Source: Octopus vulgaris (lineage: Eukaryota). From it: DNA of 64,000 nt. The position numbers were made by a program, and so were the translations under genes. This document shows, piece after piece, positions 24,338 through 37,783 of this stretch. Location: NCBI GenBank assembly GCA_951406725.2, contig OX597817.1, positions 135,408,001 to 135,472,000 of the forward strand. Direction: 5' to 3'. Under the pieces are notes generated by a model. It saw nothing but the letters and a program-made list of their open reading frames with translations. It was not told the origin of the DNA and did not search any database. Numbering within the stretch: the first letter of the stretch is position 1; each line of letters begins with the position of its first letter.

Positions 24338-27097
24338 CTGTCATCGCTGAATTGTTTGACAATCGTTAGTAAGCCCTTGAGTTGTTGGTCATTTTTGCAA
24401 AGAGCTTTAAATCATCCATGTAAATGAGATGATTTATATTTTTATCAAACATTTTATATCCGTACAATGCGTCATTGAGCAATTTTGAGAGACGTATTAA
24501 GGCTAGACAAAAGAGGAGTGGTGATAGTGAGTCACCCTGGAAAATGCCACATGAAATTTTTACATCACCAGCATTTAGAGATTCATTGTCACTATTCAAA
24601 GTTAGTGTGGTTCTCCATGATCTCATACTTACAGACAAAAAGTTTCGCAGAGTAGGCGCTATTTTATACATTTCCAGGCATTTCTTAATCCTGCTATGTG
24701 GTAGGCTATCAAAAGCCTTTTTATAGTCTATCCAGGCTATTGATAAGTTTTTGTGTCGTTTGTGGCAATCTTCTAAGATCATCTTATTGATGAGTAGCTG
24801 ATCTTTACAACCATAGGATCCACGTTTACATCCTTTCTATTCATTAGGGAAAATGCTGCTGTCTATTAAAAAACTATAGGTATATTCCGTCATGACAGAT
24901 GTTAGCGTTTTATACATAGTTGCTAAGCAGGTTATGGGTCTATAGTTTTTTGGTTCATTTGTTTCTTCACTTTTTGGAAGCAGGAATGTTAAACCATTAA
25001 CTAGCCAAGGAGACATCCTACTAAGGTGTTGCAAAACATCATTGTAAAGTTCTGTTAGCAGTTCATGGCTCTCTGGGAAGGCATTCAACCAGAAGTTAGG
25101 AATTTTATCCTTTCTTGGAGACTTCCATTTGCTTGGCCTCCTGAGAGCAGATCTTATATTTTCTACCTTAACACCCTCCCACTTTTGCTCCTTTAAGGAA
25201 TGCAAGTCCGTAGATATTCTATCAATCCAAGGGCCTTTTCGTTGTGTGTTTTTTCTTCTGCCCAAATTTTATTCCAAAATCCCTGCACTTCTTCTTTTGA
25301 TGGTATAGACTTTACAGTAACTGGGGTTTTCCCTATCTTCTCGTAAAAATTTTTGGGGTTATTTTTTAACATGTTGTTGTCCTTGAAGAATCTAACACGC
25401 TTTTCATACCTCGCTATGCGGGCAGCTTTAGCAGATACCTTTTGCTTGATGGTTTCTATGGTGGAATCAACATCAAGTATAGTTTACATATATTTTTTCT
25501 TTAATTTTTGGGTTTTTGTAGGTTTGGTAGTCTTGTCAACCTTAAGGTTTTTCAAACATTCAATGTCAGACCTAAGTAGTTTAATTTGTTGTTGGATACG
25601 CTCTTGCCAAGAAGGCTTTTTATGGGAATGTTGCCGTTTTCTAATCTTTTCACCACATAGAATCGTTGAGATTTTCGCGGATGCATAGTACAGGTGGTTG
25701 AGATCTGTGGTATCAACATCATTAGCTGAAATTATATCCTTAAGTGCAAGGCGGATTTTACCAATTATTTTCATGTTTTGGTTAGAGTTACGGATTTTGG
25801 GGAGTGTATCGCGTTCATCCATACTGGTTTCTTTAATTTTCAGCCATTCAATAATGATTTGATTCTTTAGCTCATATAGTTCTGTTGGGTCAATATTTGT
25901 GTGACTTTCTTCGTCTATTTGATGTTCATCTGTCTTAGTGTTTATGATTGGTTCAGGGAGTATTTCACTTTGCCTATCAATTGTACTAACTCTTTCAATC
26001 CTTACTGCATTTTTATCAGCCCTGGGCTGGTCTATAATTATTTCCTCTCTATTATCTTCTTTACCTGCAGCTTCGTTCTTTTTATCCGTTACTGCTTGTT
26101 TAATTTGGTCAATCTCTACTTCAGCCAGTAATTTTTTTATATAATGTTTCCTCTGACGTTGGCAAGTTTGTTACTGTCTATGTGGGGTCTTACTTCAGGG
26201 TGTTTCTGTCTCCAGTTTAAGTAAGTTTGTACAGTATTAGATTTATCTGTGGGGAAATATATGGCATGGTAGAAGGCTGCAAGAACTTCCTTATTATCTT
26301 CCCTAGACCACGTTTCATTCTTTTTCTTTTAGTTATTTGATGACGGGCATGGATGGCCATCTGTTGGAATATTCCAGTTGTGCGGTACGTCCAGCTCTCG
26401 TGTGTCGGGAAGATTTGAACCAGTAGTTGATTTTTCAATCAGAATTTGGTTCAATATTCGGGTATGTGGTCTTATGTGGTCTTTTGTAATCCGATCGATG
26501 ACCATTTCGGTTTGTAATTTGTTTTGTTAACAGTGAGGCACGACAAGCTTGGACTCTTACAATAGGAGACTGATCTGTCAGTTTAGGGTTAAGTTTTTGC
26601 GCAAACACCGCCTCCGTGTTCTCTGCATGTAAACATTGTTTGTAGCGTAGTTTCTTAATTCTAGCAGATCTGTATTCGTCTGTATTTTTTTTTATAGATT
26701 TATCTCCGAACATAGTTTTTTTTTTTTTTTGTGGTGTTTTCTAAACTTATGAAAGGTTCACTCTGTCTGTGTTAGCTCGAAAAAATGAGAAGAAAATAAG
26801 AAGAAAAACAAAGAAAGTTTTGATTTTGTTTTTGCTTGGTTTGTGACACGTACTTTCATGTGTGTGAGTGTGTGTCCAGTAAATTTCACTTAGTGTGTAC
26901 AACTTTGGGATGTATGTGTAGTCCTATGGGTATCAAAATGTATATATGAGTGTGTAGACATTCGAGTGTACGCGTAATTACTCAATTTATGTACTCACTA
27001 TTTTTTTTTTATTTTGGTCCGTTTCTATTTTATTGTTTGTAAACTTTCCGGTGTTGATATCGCGTGTGTGTTTCGCACATGTTTCATTGAGACACCC
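24338..27097 (-). mobile_element. R4/Dong-clade (RLE-type) non-LTR retrotransposon, 5' end retained, 3' truncated, frameshifted
   Basis: RT motifs [57 protein letters not shown]; N-terminal RKRMK..SREDNKEVLAAFY; 5' end abuts (TAA)n, the known Dong target. Confidence 0.85.
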
Positions 27098-27104
27098 TTA
27101 TTAA

Positions 27105-27146
<42 letters not shown>

Positions 27147-27184
27147 TATTATTATTATTATTATTACTGCTGTTGTTATTATTG

Positions 27185-27254
<70 letters not shown>
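27098..27254. repeat. (TTA)n microsatellite
   Basis: Directly visible. Confidence 0.97.
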
Positions 27255-27256
<2 letters not shown>

Positions 27257-27552
27257 TTCCGTCATCTATGTTCAGAGTTCATATCCCATGAGGGTTGACT
27301 TTACCATTCGCTCTTCCAGGACCGATAATACAATCCTTGCGCAAACACTTAACGCAGCCATGTTGACGTCTCATCTATAAAAAGAATCTTTCCATTTGAT
27401 TTTCGTCCGTTTCTCAGAAGTTTTCCTTTTGTCTTTCTTCACAATATTGTTAACTACGATTCTCTTGGACACCTTTTATTTCAATTTCCTCATTAACTAT
27501 GCGTTTCCATAGCAACCAGATCATTTACAGTTGTCTAATTTCTTTTCTAAAT

Positions 27553-27960
27553 TACTCTTTTACTCTTTTACTTGTTTCAGTCAATTGACTGTGGCCATGT
27601 TGGAGCACCGCCTTTTGTTGAGCAAATCGACCCCCAGGACTTATTCTTTGTAAGCCTAGTACTTATCTATCGGTCTCTTTTGCCGAACCACTTAGTTACG
27701 TGAACTTAAACACACCAGCATCGGTTCTCAAGCGATGTTGGGGGGGACAAACACATACACACACAAACACATACACACACACATACATATATGCATATAT
27801 ACGACGGGCTTCTTTCAGTTTCCGTCTACCAAATCCACTCACAAGGTTTTGGTCGGCCTGAGGCTATAGTAGATGACACTCGTTCAAGGTGCCACGCAGT
27901 GGGACTGAACCCGGAACCATGTGGTTGGTAAGCAAGCTACTTACCACACAGCCATTCCTA
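27553..27960 (-). mobile_element. tRNA-derived SINE family 1, near full length
   Basis: Reverse complement: tggctgtgtggtaag (A box), gggttcagtccc (B box), internal microsatellite, tail ggcggtgctccaacatggccacagtcaattgactgaaacaag(taaaagag)n. Confidence 0.92.
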
Positions 27961-29426
27961 CTTGACACGAATATTTTGCGTGGTGGGGTTTCCATTTAAG
28001 TTCCAGCTGGTCTCCAGTATAGGAACCAAAATGGTCAGAGAATATCAAAATAGAATCTTTTAGATTTTCTGCTAAATACACTTCGACATACTCTCAAATA
28101 TTTTTATGCACCCCTATTTATAAACAGAAATTGTCATTTAAACATCTCACAATTATTTTATAAAACTATCTTCAGCTCTTCCTGTACTTAAAACTTCCCC
28201 AATTAAATTTTAATGTTGTTTGCACGTTAAACACACCTTATTCCAGTGCACGCTATATTCTAGCGGTCTTTAATTGTATAAAATCTACTAAAAATATTCC
28301 GATACTACGTATTTTCTTTTATGCTTCTTGCCGCTGGATATATTTTTGTATCGTTTCTGATCATTATTAGCATCCATATAAGGCATATAAATCCATATTT
28401 TTTCCTTCTCAGTTGATAGCAATTTATGAATGTCTAAATGTACAATGTGCGACAAAATAACTCCCACGTTCACTATTCATGATAAAAGTTACAACCACAA
28501 ACGCACAGTAAGCATCGGTTTAAACCATAATAAAATCTGTGGCAAAACAATAAAACATTATCTATATGAAGATACCATTACAATCGGCCTAATTTTACGA
28601 GCGTCACATCCATGATCGTGTAAAGTATGGAAGATGTTTCTGTCGCGTTCTGTATGTGAAGTAATTGCAACTGACCGTCTCCATATACTACTAGTCTACT
28701 ACCAAAAAAGTAAGTAGTTCGCATCCGGCCAGCAGTACTGCAATGTGTTTGCGGCCTTTTTATTCAAGTGTCTGATTCACAGAAGAAAAGCAGCAGCCAT
28801 CTTTCCTTCCTCCTCCGAATTCTTGGAGATTGATTGGAAGAAGTGTAAAGATTCTCTTGGAACTAGGAGCCGAATCCGAATGCTTGCAACAAAACTGGCT
28901 CCGTTAAAAGCATTCAAGGGTCGGATGGTAGTATTAATCTGAGAGACAGATTCGGTCTCCGACCCAAGATCCGAAACAATTCTTCCAGCAGGCTTCCACA
29001 CAGTTTCCGTTTAACAAATTTCACTTTCAAGGCTTGGGTTGACCTGAGGCTATAGGCTTGTTCATTTTTTCAACATGATGACCGTTCGTTTGAACGACAT
29101 AGCTACGAAAGCAAAATTCTCTACCATACTGCTTTGCCTACGCCAATCGTGATTGACTCTCATAGCCTCGTTCTAATAACTATAAATATAAGCTGCACAG
29201 ATGCAGCTGCCTAGTATATATGCTTGCTGCAGTGACAGCGGCTTAATTGACACCATGTTCATTAATTGGGATTTTATCAGATTCTAAAAGCCTCATGTTC
29301 TGTCTTCTGAAACTTTCGATATTGGGTTTTCCAGAACTTGAATGGCAGCAAAAGCTCTCTAAAAATAACTTGTATTATAAAAGATTTGCTGGAATATGTT
29401 ATCAATTATACCGTGTCTAGAGTAAA

Positions 29427-29657
29427 GGCGGCGAGCTGGCAGAAACGTTAGCGCGCCGGGCGAAATGCTTAGCGATATTTCGTCTGCCGTTACGTTCTGA
29501 GTTCAAATTCTGCCGAGGTCGACTTCGCCTTTCATCCTTTCGGGGTCGATAAATAAAGTACCAGTTACGCACTGGGGTCGATGTAATCGACTTAATCCCC
29601 TTGTCTGTCCTTGTTTATCCCCTCTATGTTTAGCCCCTTGTGGGTAGTAAAGAAATA
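29427..29657 (+). mobile_element. SINE family 2 monomer
   Basis: ggcggcgagctggcagaaacg head, B box gagttcaaattc, central gcctttcatcctttcggggtcgataaataaagtacc (Meta-domain-like), end gtaaagaaata. Confidence 0.92.
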
Positions 29658-29749
29658 TATACTGTGTCTGAGACGCCCCTGGCTGATCATAAGCAGCAGG
29701 ATTGACCGAGGGTTAAACAACAACAACAACTAATGTTGAAGTAACCCAT

Positions 29750-29900
29750 TGCTGAAGCCTCGATCTGCTAGAAACAGCAATCAAATCTTATTCACATCGC
29801 ACCCAACTGTTTGAAAAAAAAGAAGACATGCGTTCGATAATGTAATCCTGGATACAAAATACCAACAGCAAAACGAGCGATGGTCACGGTTGGGACGCCA
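29750..29900 (+). repeat. Dispersed old repeat starting ctgctagaaa(t/c)agcarccaaat
   Basis: Related copies at about 2190-2370, 31125-31285, 52520-52710 and 61480. Confidence 0.6.
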
Positions 29901-30596
29901 GTGAAATTATTAAAAGTTCACAAAGAAAACAAACTGACACAGAGACTAATCATCAACCCCAGGTCTAAGATTACACTTGGTGGGTGTTGATCGTTGTATA
30001 AAACAACTAACTAGAGACAGACAGACAGATGTATACCAGGGCTTATTTCCACTCTGTCTTAATTGTCATAGGTACTACTCACACCTCGTTATATTCTAGA
30101 ACGACTGACCTATATAGATGAATACATTTATATTCGCCAAAACTAGTTGCTGTGAAACTGCATCAGTGATCAGGCCGTAGTTGGTGCGACGAAAATCCTG
30201 ACATTAAACAATAAATATTTAAGAGATGACAGTCTTTGTGCATCTATTAACGGCTCGTCTGTATCTTCCACGCTATAATAGCTAAAATTACAGCGTTGCC
30301 TCCCTTGCTTTATCCATCCAAAGCAGTCGCAGCCATTTTGAACATGCTTGTTAACTTCACTAAAGATCTAATTTTAATTACGTTAAATTTTCTTGGTTTG
30401 TTATATCAAGTACGTTAGCGCTTGTAGTTATTAATTGTCGTCTTTTTGACTTGTCTTCTCTTCATTTTGTAAAATTACTGCTTGTTTTGTTGTTTCTGAT
30501 ATTACTCGCTTTGATGTCACCTCAATAATGTATATGAGTTAATAATTGTGACATGACTGTGATAGTATTAGCATTATATTGATATAAAATATATGT

Positions 30597-30687
<91 letters not shown>

Positions 30688-31554
30688 ACTCCCACCCTCT
30701 CATTTTGTTCATTCGTTTACAGTTTTGCTACTTTCAGACAAAACTTTTAAACGTCGATATTCAAACTCAAAGAACTAAGATTATGCCGTAAAGTATTTCG
30801 TTTCATCAAAGACCTTTTGTATTCTTTAAAAAAAAGAATAACATAAAAAGATGCCGTAATTTTATAGAATTATAATTTATGAAAACATCAAGATAAAAGA
30901 ACACATTTGCTAACCACACTCTTCTTGTTTATTATTCCGGCAATAAAAATATATTTTATTGAATTATTAAACATGATTATTAACATAGTTTAATTGAGTG
31001 AGATTCTCAAACGACAATCCAGTCTTTTACTTGTTCACTCCGTCGTAGAAATTTTCCCAGAAATGTCAGAATTGACTATTCCTTACGCCAAATAAACTTA
31101 TAGAAAAAGGAAACGAAGGAGTGTTGCCAGTGTCGCACGACCTGCTAGAAATAGCAACCAATTTCATTCTAATTACAGCCTTCCACCTAGCTAAAGGAAG
31201 GAAACGTTGCACAATGTAGACCTTGTTATATGAAAGGACAGTATGATCATAAGGCAGCTCAATCAAGGCTGACCTTGGGTTAAAAATCTTCACTTAAACT
31301 TACTGATGCTTCACAAACTCTGAATTTCTTTAAGGATATATCAAAAAATGTTTCAAGAATACAACAAAAACAAAAACAGAAAAACAGCGATTTGAGAGTA
31401 TTAATTAATTAGAGACACACGAAGCAGCGTTGAATGAAATAAAGATGCGTTCAATCATATTAAACACGTCCATGAACAAAAACTCGAACGTGAGAAAACC
31501 TTTCGCTGCGGAAACAAGCTGATTGATTTATATGGTGAAGACGGAATATAAGAC

Positions 31555-31940
31555 AATTGACTAGATGTAAGATAGAAACATGGGTGAGTTAACCAGTTGT
31601 AAGGTGAAATATAGAGGAAAGCCGACCAGATGTAAAGCAGAAACGGCAATCATTCACCAAATGTAGAGGAAACAGTGGAGTATTGATGAGATGTAAGTTA
31701 GAAATGGAAAGTTCTCCAGATGTAGGGTAGAAATAGAAGAGAGTTTGAGTAGATGTAAGGGGAAAACAGTGAGTTCGCCAGATGTAAGCTAGAAGGGGGT
31801 GCTCATCAGATGTGTGATAGAAATAGGGGGGATTCATCAAATGTAAAGAGAAAACAGCGGAATGTTAACCAGACGTAAGTTAGAAAGGGAGAGTTCACCA
31901 GATGTTGGGTTGAACTATAAGATAATTGACCAGATGTAAA
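31555..31940 (+). repeat. Degenerate minisatellite, about 33-bp unit with ccagatgtaag core, about 12 copies
   Basis: Recurring agatgtaa / tagaaa / gagttcacc at roughly 33-bp spacing. Confidence 0.8.
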
Positions 31941-33388
31941 TCTTAAGATTCATGGTTCCTGAAAAATGTTTCGAGAGCAAACGCACGTTGTGCACCAGTT
32001 CTGACCATGATGGTAACTAAAAAACAAAAATAGTAAAATGTTAGCTGCATTAACACACCATTACCACCTGTCTGACTTCATTACCGACAGGGTACAGTAG
32101 AAAAATATACGGGAGGGTTTTTCTGCCGCATCCCGTAGAAAAACAGACGAATTAACCAGCAATTCTGCACGCCCTCCATTGAGTACATTCTTGATGAGAC
32201 TCCTTTCTCTTTATTTCTTACTGAGTAAAAGTCCTTTTGTTCTTTCTCCTTGAACTGCTGCTCTCTGGAACTCACCACCATCGTCTTGTCTTCCTCTGCT
32301 CTATGATAAGTTTTCTGTGAATTGATGTCGTTTGAATTTGTAGGCCCTTTTCTTTCCTTTTTTGTTAGCCAGTGCTTTCTTTTTTACAGGCCTCTTCCTT
32401 TCCTTTTTTGTAGGCCCCTTTCCTTTTTTATAGTCTGTACGGTACAGTGGCTTCAAACCATTTGGGGTAAAAATCATATAAAAAAATTAATTACTTTACA
32501 CTCTTGATGGGTTTTTTTTGTTGTTTTCGTTTTATGCTTTTCTTATTGTTGTTTTTGTTCCTGGAACTCTTTGGATATTCCAGTACCATTCCCTGATGTA
32601 GACATCTGAAATAACCACAGAATTAAGATATATGTTATGTCTTGATTGATTCTCTGTCGGTCCCGACAATGAGAATTTTCTTATACAGGAAATTTACTTG
32701 TCTGTGGTTAAATATTGCGAAAGACATTTACACACTTAACGTAATTCTCGCGAAAGAAACAGCGTGACCTAATGTGACGAGGTTTTACCTTTGAATTACA
32801 GATACGGAAGACAAGGGGAGAGAAAGAAGGAGGGCGAGAGAGATGAGGATGAGATAGGGGAGAGAGGAAGAGGAAAACAGATGGAGGATGAGTTGGATGG
32901 AAGCATTACCAAACAATTGGAAACCTTGAACACAGTAGTAACTGCTACGTCACAGAAAAAAAATTGAAAAGAATATAGGATTCAAGAGATGGAGAGGGAG
33001 GAAGAGAGGCAGAAGGAGAGAGGGGGAGGTTAAGAGAAAGATTAATGATGGCAGATAAAGTTAAAAGGCAGCTGAAAGACACAACTAAAAGTGTATCAGA
33101 CCGAATCCTATTCGTCGTGTGTGTGTGTTTATGTGTTTATATATATATATGTGCATATACGTTTGTATGTGCGTGTATATATGTGTATATGTGCATATGT
33201 ATATCTAAATGTATATAAATATGTATATATGTGTGTGTATGCGTATGTGTGTGTGTGTGTTTGTATATATGTGAATGTATAAGCATATATAAAGATATAC
33301 ATACATATATTGTATATATCTATATAGATACATACATACATATATACATACATACATACATACATAATATATATATGTATTATGTATG

Positions 33389-33427
<39 letters not shown>

Positions 33428-33484
33428 GCATATATACATACATAATACATATATGTATATATATATGTGTGTGTATTATGTATG

Positions 33485-33534
<50 letters not shown>

Positions 33535-33536
<2 letters not shown>

Positions 33537-34045
33537 TATGTGGGCACAGGACGTCATGAAACGTGTACAACAAAAAAATACGAAGCACGTATTTTTTCGA
33601 ACAACGAAAGACACAAATCAAAAGCAAGACAAATAACATAAAGAACGACCCTTCATCAGTTGTTGGCTGTTTTTCTAGTCTTGTATTTCGAGATTTAACA
33701 ACAATATACGCTTTCGATAAAACCGTTGCTCCCGCAAAGCAAATTAAATAAAATTTGGGATTTTGCGGAGGGTCAAAATTGGTAACACAAACAGGACAGT
33801 GAAAACAAACAGGAAGGGCTACTAAGCCTAAACGAGGTTGTGGTGGCGAACGCATAAATCAAGCTAGGACAGGAGACAAACAAGAACACGTCTTCTTTGT
33901 TCCAGCTACAACAGAGAGAAAGAAAGAAACACTAGTTAGGAGAAGAAAGAAAGATGGCCGGTGGTCACGTGGTAGCCACGTTAGCAAGAGAGGAGGAGTG
34001 AGAGAGTGAGTGGCAGAGTAATAGGATAGAATGGAGAGAGAATAT
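33535..34045 (-). mobile_element. ORF-less PLE-like element family B copy in (TA)n
   Basis: Reverse complement aligns by eye with about 14110-14618; microsatellite on both sides. Confidence 0.8.
33648..33710 (-). ncRNA. Candidate reversed-order hammerhead ribozyme (family B, best-preserved copy)
   Basis: Reverse complement: cgtaT A ttgttg - ttaaat - ctc GAA atac - 17 nt - caacaa CTGATGA a gggt. Stems: I ttgttg/caacaa, III gtat/atac, II ggg/ctc. Confidence 0.6.
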
Positions 34046-34431
34046 ATATATTATTTATATTATTATACATGCATATATATATATATATATATACACACAC
34101 ATAAGGATAAGCATATTAAAAGGGATCCATGGGAATACTCATTTAAATAAAAGGACTGGGAGCCAGTGTTGGGAACCACTGGTATAAAGTAAATAGTTGC
34201 TACCTTGAAGGAGAAAGAATGGTTGATATAAATATTATGCTGCGATGGATAGAGATAATAGTGGAGTTAGTATTTGGCGCTGGCACTGTTGGCCTCTCGG
34301 CTACATCACAGTAAACATGCGCATTGGTGCACTCATATATACCCACGTACACGCACTTCGCATCCGTGGTATCAACATAAATACCGGAGTCAGCTTCCAC
34401 TACTATCTTTACCTCTCCCGGCTCAATATTT

Positions 34432-34630
34432 AGGTGAGGTTGTGTGGTGAGTAGCTTGTTTCCCAACCACGTGGCTCCGAGTTCAATCTCACTGTGTGAT
34501 ACCATTGGCAAGTGCCTTCTACTCTAGCCTCAGTGGCCACCAAAGTCTTGTGAGCGGATTTGGTAGACGGAAACTGAAAGAAGCTTGCCGTGTGTATATG
34601 TGTGTCTGTGTCTCTGTGTGTCTGTGTGTC

Positions 34631-34661
<31 letters not shown>

Positions 34662-34892
34662 GTGTGTATGTGTGTGTGTGTGTGTGTGTGTCTTTGTGTC
34701 TGTGTTTGTCCCCCATCACCCGCTTTACAACCGGTGTTGTATTGTCCGCGTAATCCAGCGGTTCGGCCAACGAGACCGATAGAATAAGTACCAGGCTTAA
34801 CAAAAATAAGTACTGGAGTCGATACACTCGACTAAAATCTCTTAAAGGCAACGCCCCAGCATGGCCGCAGTCTGAAACAAGTAAAAGATAAA
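34432..34892 (+). mobile_element. tRNA-derived SINE family 1
   Basis: Head, internal (GT)n and ccccagcatggccgcagtctgaaacaagtaaaagat tail. Confidence 0.88.
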
Positions 34893-35490
34893 AACAAGAG
34901 CACTCAGAGAGTGCAAACCTCCTCCATGGCAACAACAACCTTCTCTCAACGATTAGCCGAAGACGATTTTTAAAATGAGAATATCTGAAATAAACTCGAC
35001 TGTTCTCACAAACGAGACACTAAAAATGAGCCCGACCGCTCTCAAAAATTAAGTTTAAAAACCGGAAAAATAATCTCGAATCCTTGTCCGGTACCTGATT
35101 GATCCAAATGGTAGTCATGGAATGTAAAGGTGGCTGTAGAAAATTTAGAAACAGTAATAGGTGGTTTATCTTTATCTAATACAAGCCAAAGTTAACAAAT
35201 TCACCATTCAAAATAGTTACAGCATAAAGGGAGATAACTGAGAAAGACTTGAAAGTTAACGTAAGATCGTAATCATGTAAAGTAAAGTAAATAAAACAAA
35301 AAGTTATCCAGAATCCTTGTCTGGTGCCGGATCGATCCCAAAATCTAATCAGTTCGTGCCAGTCACGAGGTCAAGCATCTCTGAAAATTTCATCCGAACT
35401 TATCCGGCGGTTCTTGAGATATCTTGTCCACGGACTAACAAACAAACACGAATGAAAACAATACCTCTGCCTTTGCTAAGGCAGAGGCAA
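34893..35490. mobile_element. Helentron-associated non-autonomous element (HINE/DINE-1-like)
   Basis: One end aacaagagcactcagagagtgcaaacctcctccatggc; the other end has a hairpin cctctgcctt-tgct-aaggcagagg; inserted in the A-rich SINE tail with no TSD. Confidence 0.7.
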
Positions 35491-36326
35491 AAATATAAGG
35501 ATAAAACGCTTTCCTGAACTAATTACTGCTTCCGTCGCTTATAACGAATTTATACCTAGCTTATGAGTTAATTGTGACACATATGACTTGTTAATTATCG
35601 TTTCTCTGTAGAGGCTAAATTTGTCTAAGCATGCAGTTGCTTGTAGATACTTGCTACTGACGACGCACAAACTCGCAGAAATCTGGATATAGCAATTCCA
35701 CCGTCGCTGCTGGATGCTTTTCTGTGCTGTTTAACTCTACACTTCTATACAAGATACTTTCTCAAGACGAATATTGCAGTTTTGTGGCTTTCAACAATAT
35801 ATCTGCGTTAAATAAGATATCTAGAACGATATATATTTTTTTTTCATGTGTTTCAGCCTGTAGGCTGTGGTCATGCTGGAGCACCTCCAGTAAGTGTATG
35901 TGTGTGCATGTGTGCGTATGTGTATGTATTTGTGCTTATGTATGTATGCATGTGTGTGTGTGTGTAAATATAGATATGTGTGTAGGGGGAGAGAGGGGGA
36001 GAAAGAGAGATAGAGATAGTGATACAGATATTAGAGAATGGGAACAAATCTCGCAAGGCACTTTGTCCGACGCGCTGATGATTCTGCGAATCCATCAGCC
36101 TCAGCCTCCGAGTGATAATGATAATTCATCATCTCAAACATTCAGACAACCATTTGAGTATTTGGTTATTGTTATCGTCGTCGTCGTCGTCGTTGTTGTT
36201 ATTTAAGATAAAACTTTAAAATCTGACGATGAGTCGTTACCCTCTATTGGCCCTCATTCGGTGCGTCTCAGGAGGTATAAAAAAAGGTCCAACTGCCTCG
36301 TTGGTTTATCTTCTTTTAGTATCAGA

Positions 36327-36665
36327 GGTGGGTGTGGCTGTGTGATAAAAAGCTTTTTTTCCAGCCACATGGGAAACCAATGCCTTATGAGTGGATTTGG
36401 TTTGTGGAAACTGTGTGGAATCCTGCTGTATATGTGTATCTATTTCTCTTCTTTTCTTTGTCCTTCTACCATCGCTTGACAACCAGTATTGGTTCTTTTT
36501 TTACTCCCCTGTAACTTAGCGCTTGACAATAGAGACTAATAGAATAAAAACCAGGCTTAAAACTAAGTAACGGGGATCGATTTGTTCGAGTGAAACCTTT
36601 TTAAAGCGGTGCCGAGACATGGCCAGAGTCTATTGACTGATACAAGTGAAAAAACAAAAGATAGA
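36327..36665 (+). mobile_element. Degenerate SINE family 1
   Basis: gtgtggctgtgtgataaaaag...ccatcgcttgacaacc...gcggtgccgagacatggcc. Confidence 0.75.
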
Positions 36666-37630
36666 ATTGCGTTGGAAGTACACAAAAATATTTGTAGGAA
36701 TAATTATGGCTCCTTAACAATGAAAACGAATTTATTGTTGTACGAGATGTATAAAGTAAGAAAGTTCATAAAATAAATGTTATTTCAGGTAGTCCATATA
36801 TGGAAATATATAGAGAGGGAGATAGAAAGAGGGAGCGTTGATGTCAAGGACCTAAGAACCCATTGCGGTGGTTTCTGCTTTCTTTTTTTAGAATCTAAGT
36901 CTTTCGGGTAGCCTATAGATTACATCCAGACTGGCTAAAGCGACACCATTCCGAATGATTAAACCGTAATTCTATTCCAAGATTTATAGAGGTTAAGTAG
37001 TTTCTTGAACTGAAACAATGCTTTCTTCTCAATCAGACAGTTTCCCAAATGAAATCTTAAGTCTGTTGATGTATTGTCTCTAGATCGAGTCGCTTGAAAA
37101 CGTTTAATCAATTGATCTCAACTAACGAATTGATGAATTAGATTTCTACAACCCAAGTAGAAAGGGAGGAGACGTTATTTGTGTGTGTAAGTGTGTGTGT
37201 TATCTATGATGTGGGAGACAGACACAGAGAGAGGGAGAGAGCAAGTCGGGTTAATATCAGTGTAAGCTAGTCAAATAAATTAAGTTAAACTTCAACTTTC
37301 GACCAACAAATTGTTCGTTTCCTATTCTTCTAGAACATTGGAGAAAGCAAATGAAAGCTACGAACTTTGCTTAAGAGAATTTCCTCTCAACACATCTATT
37401 TCTAACTCTTTTTACTTCCTCGCCCTATCTTCTCCCACTCTTGTCTCGCCGTTTCCTTTCCCGTTATCTCCACTAGGTGGCGTCATTTCCTTTTTACATA
37501 TGTACTCTCTAATGCCGTTTCCTTTTCTTCTAACGTCATTTCCCCTTTCTCTGAAGCTCCTACATGACGTAGTTTCCTCTATTATTTAGTGTCCACCTCC
37601 CTCCATCCTTCTATCCCTACCTACCTCTCC

Positions 37631-37742
<112 letters not shown>

Positions 37743-37747
37743 ATATA

Positions 37748-37783
<36 letters not shown>

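Noticed and set aside
28250-29000. Unique-looking sequence with short ORFs
   Set aside because: No recognisable motif or consistent splice/frame pattern.
32030-32620. Possible minus-strand exons (tttcag acceptor near 32608)
   Set aside because: All frames hit stops and the peptides are low-complexity; cannot support a CDS.
34095-34182. hAT MITE end (ttgggaaccactg)
   Set aside because: No matching left end with a shared 8-bp TSD found.
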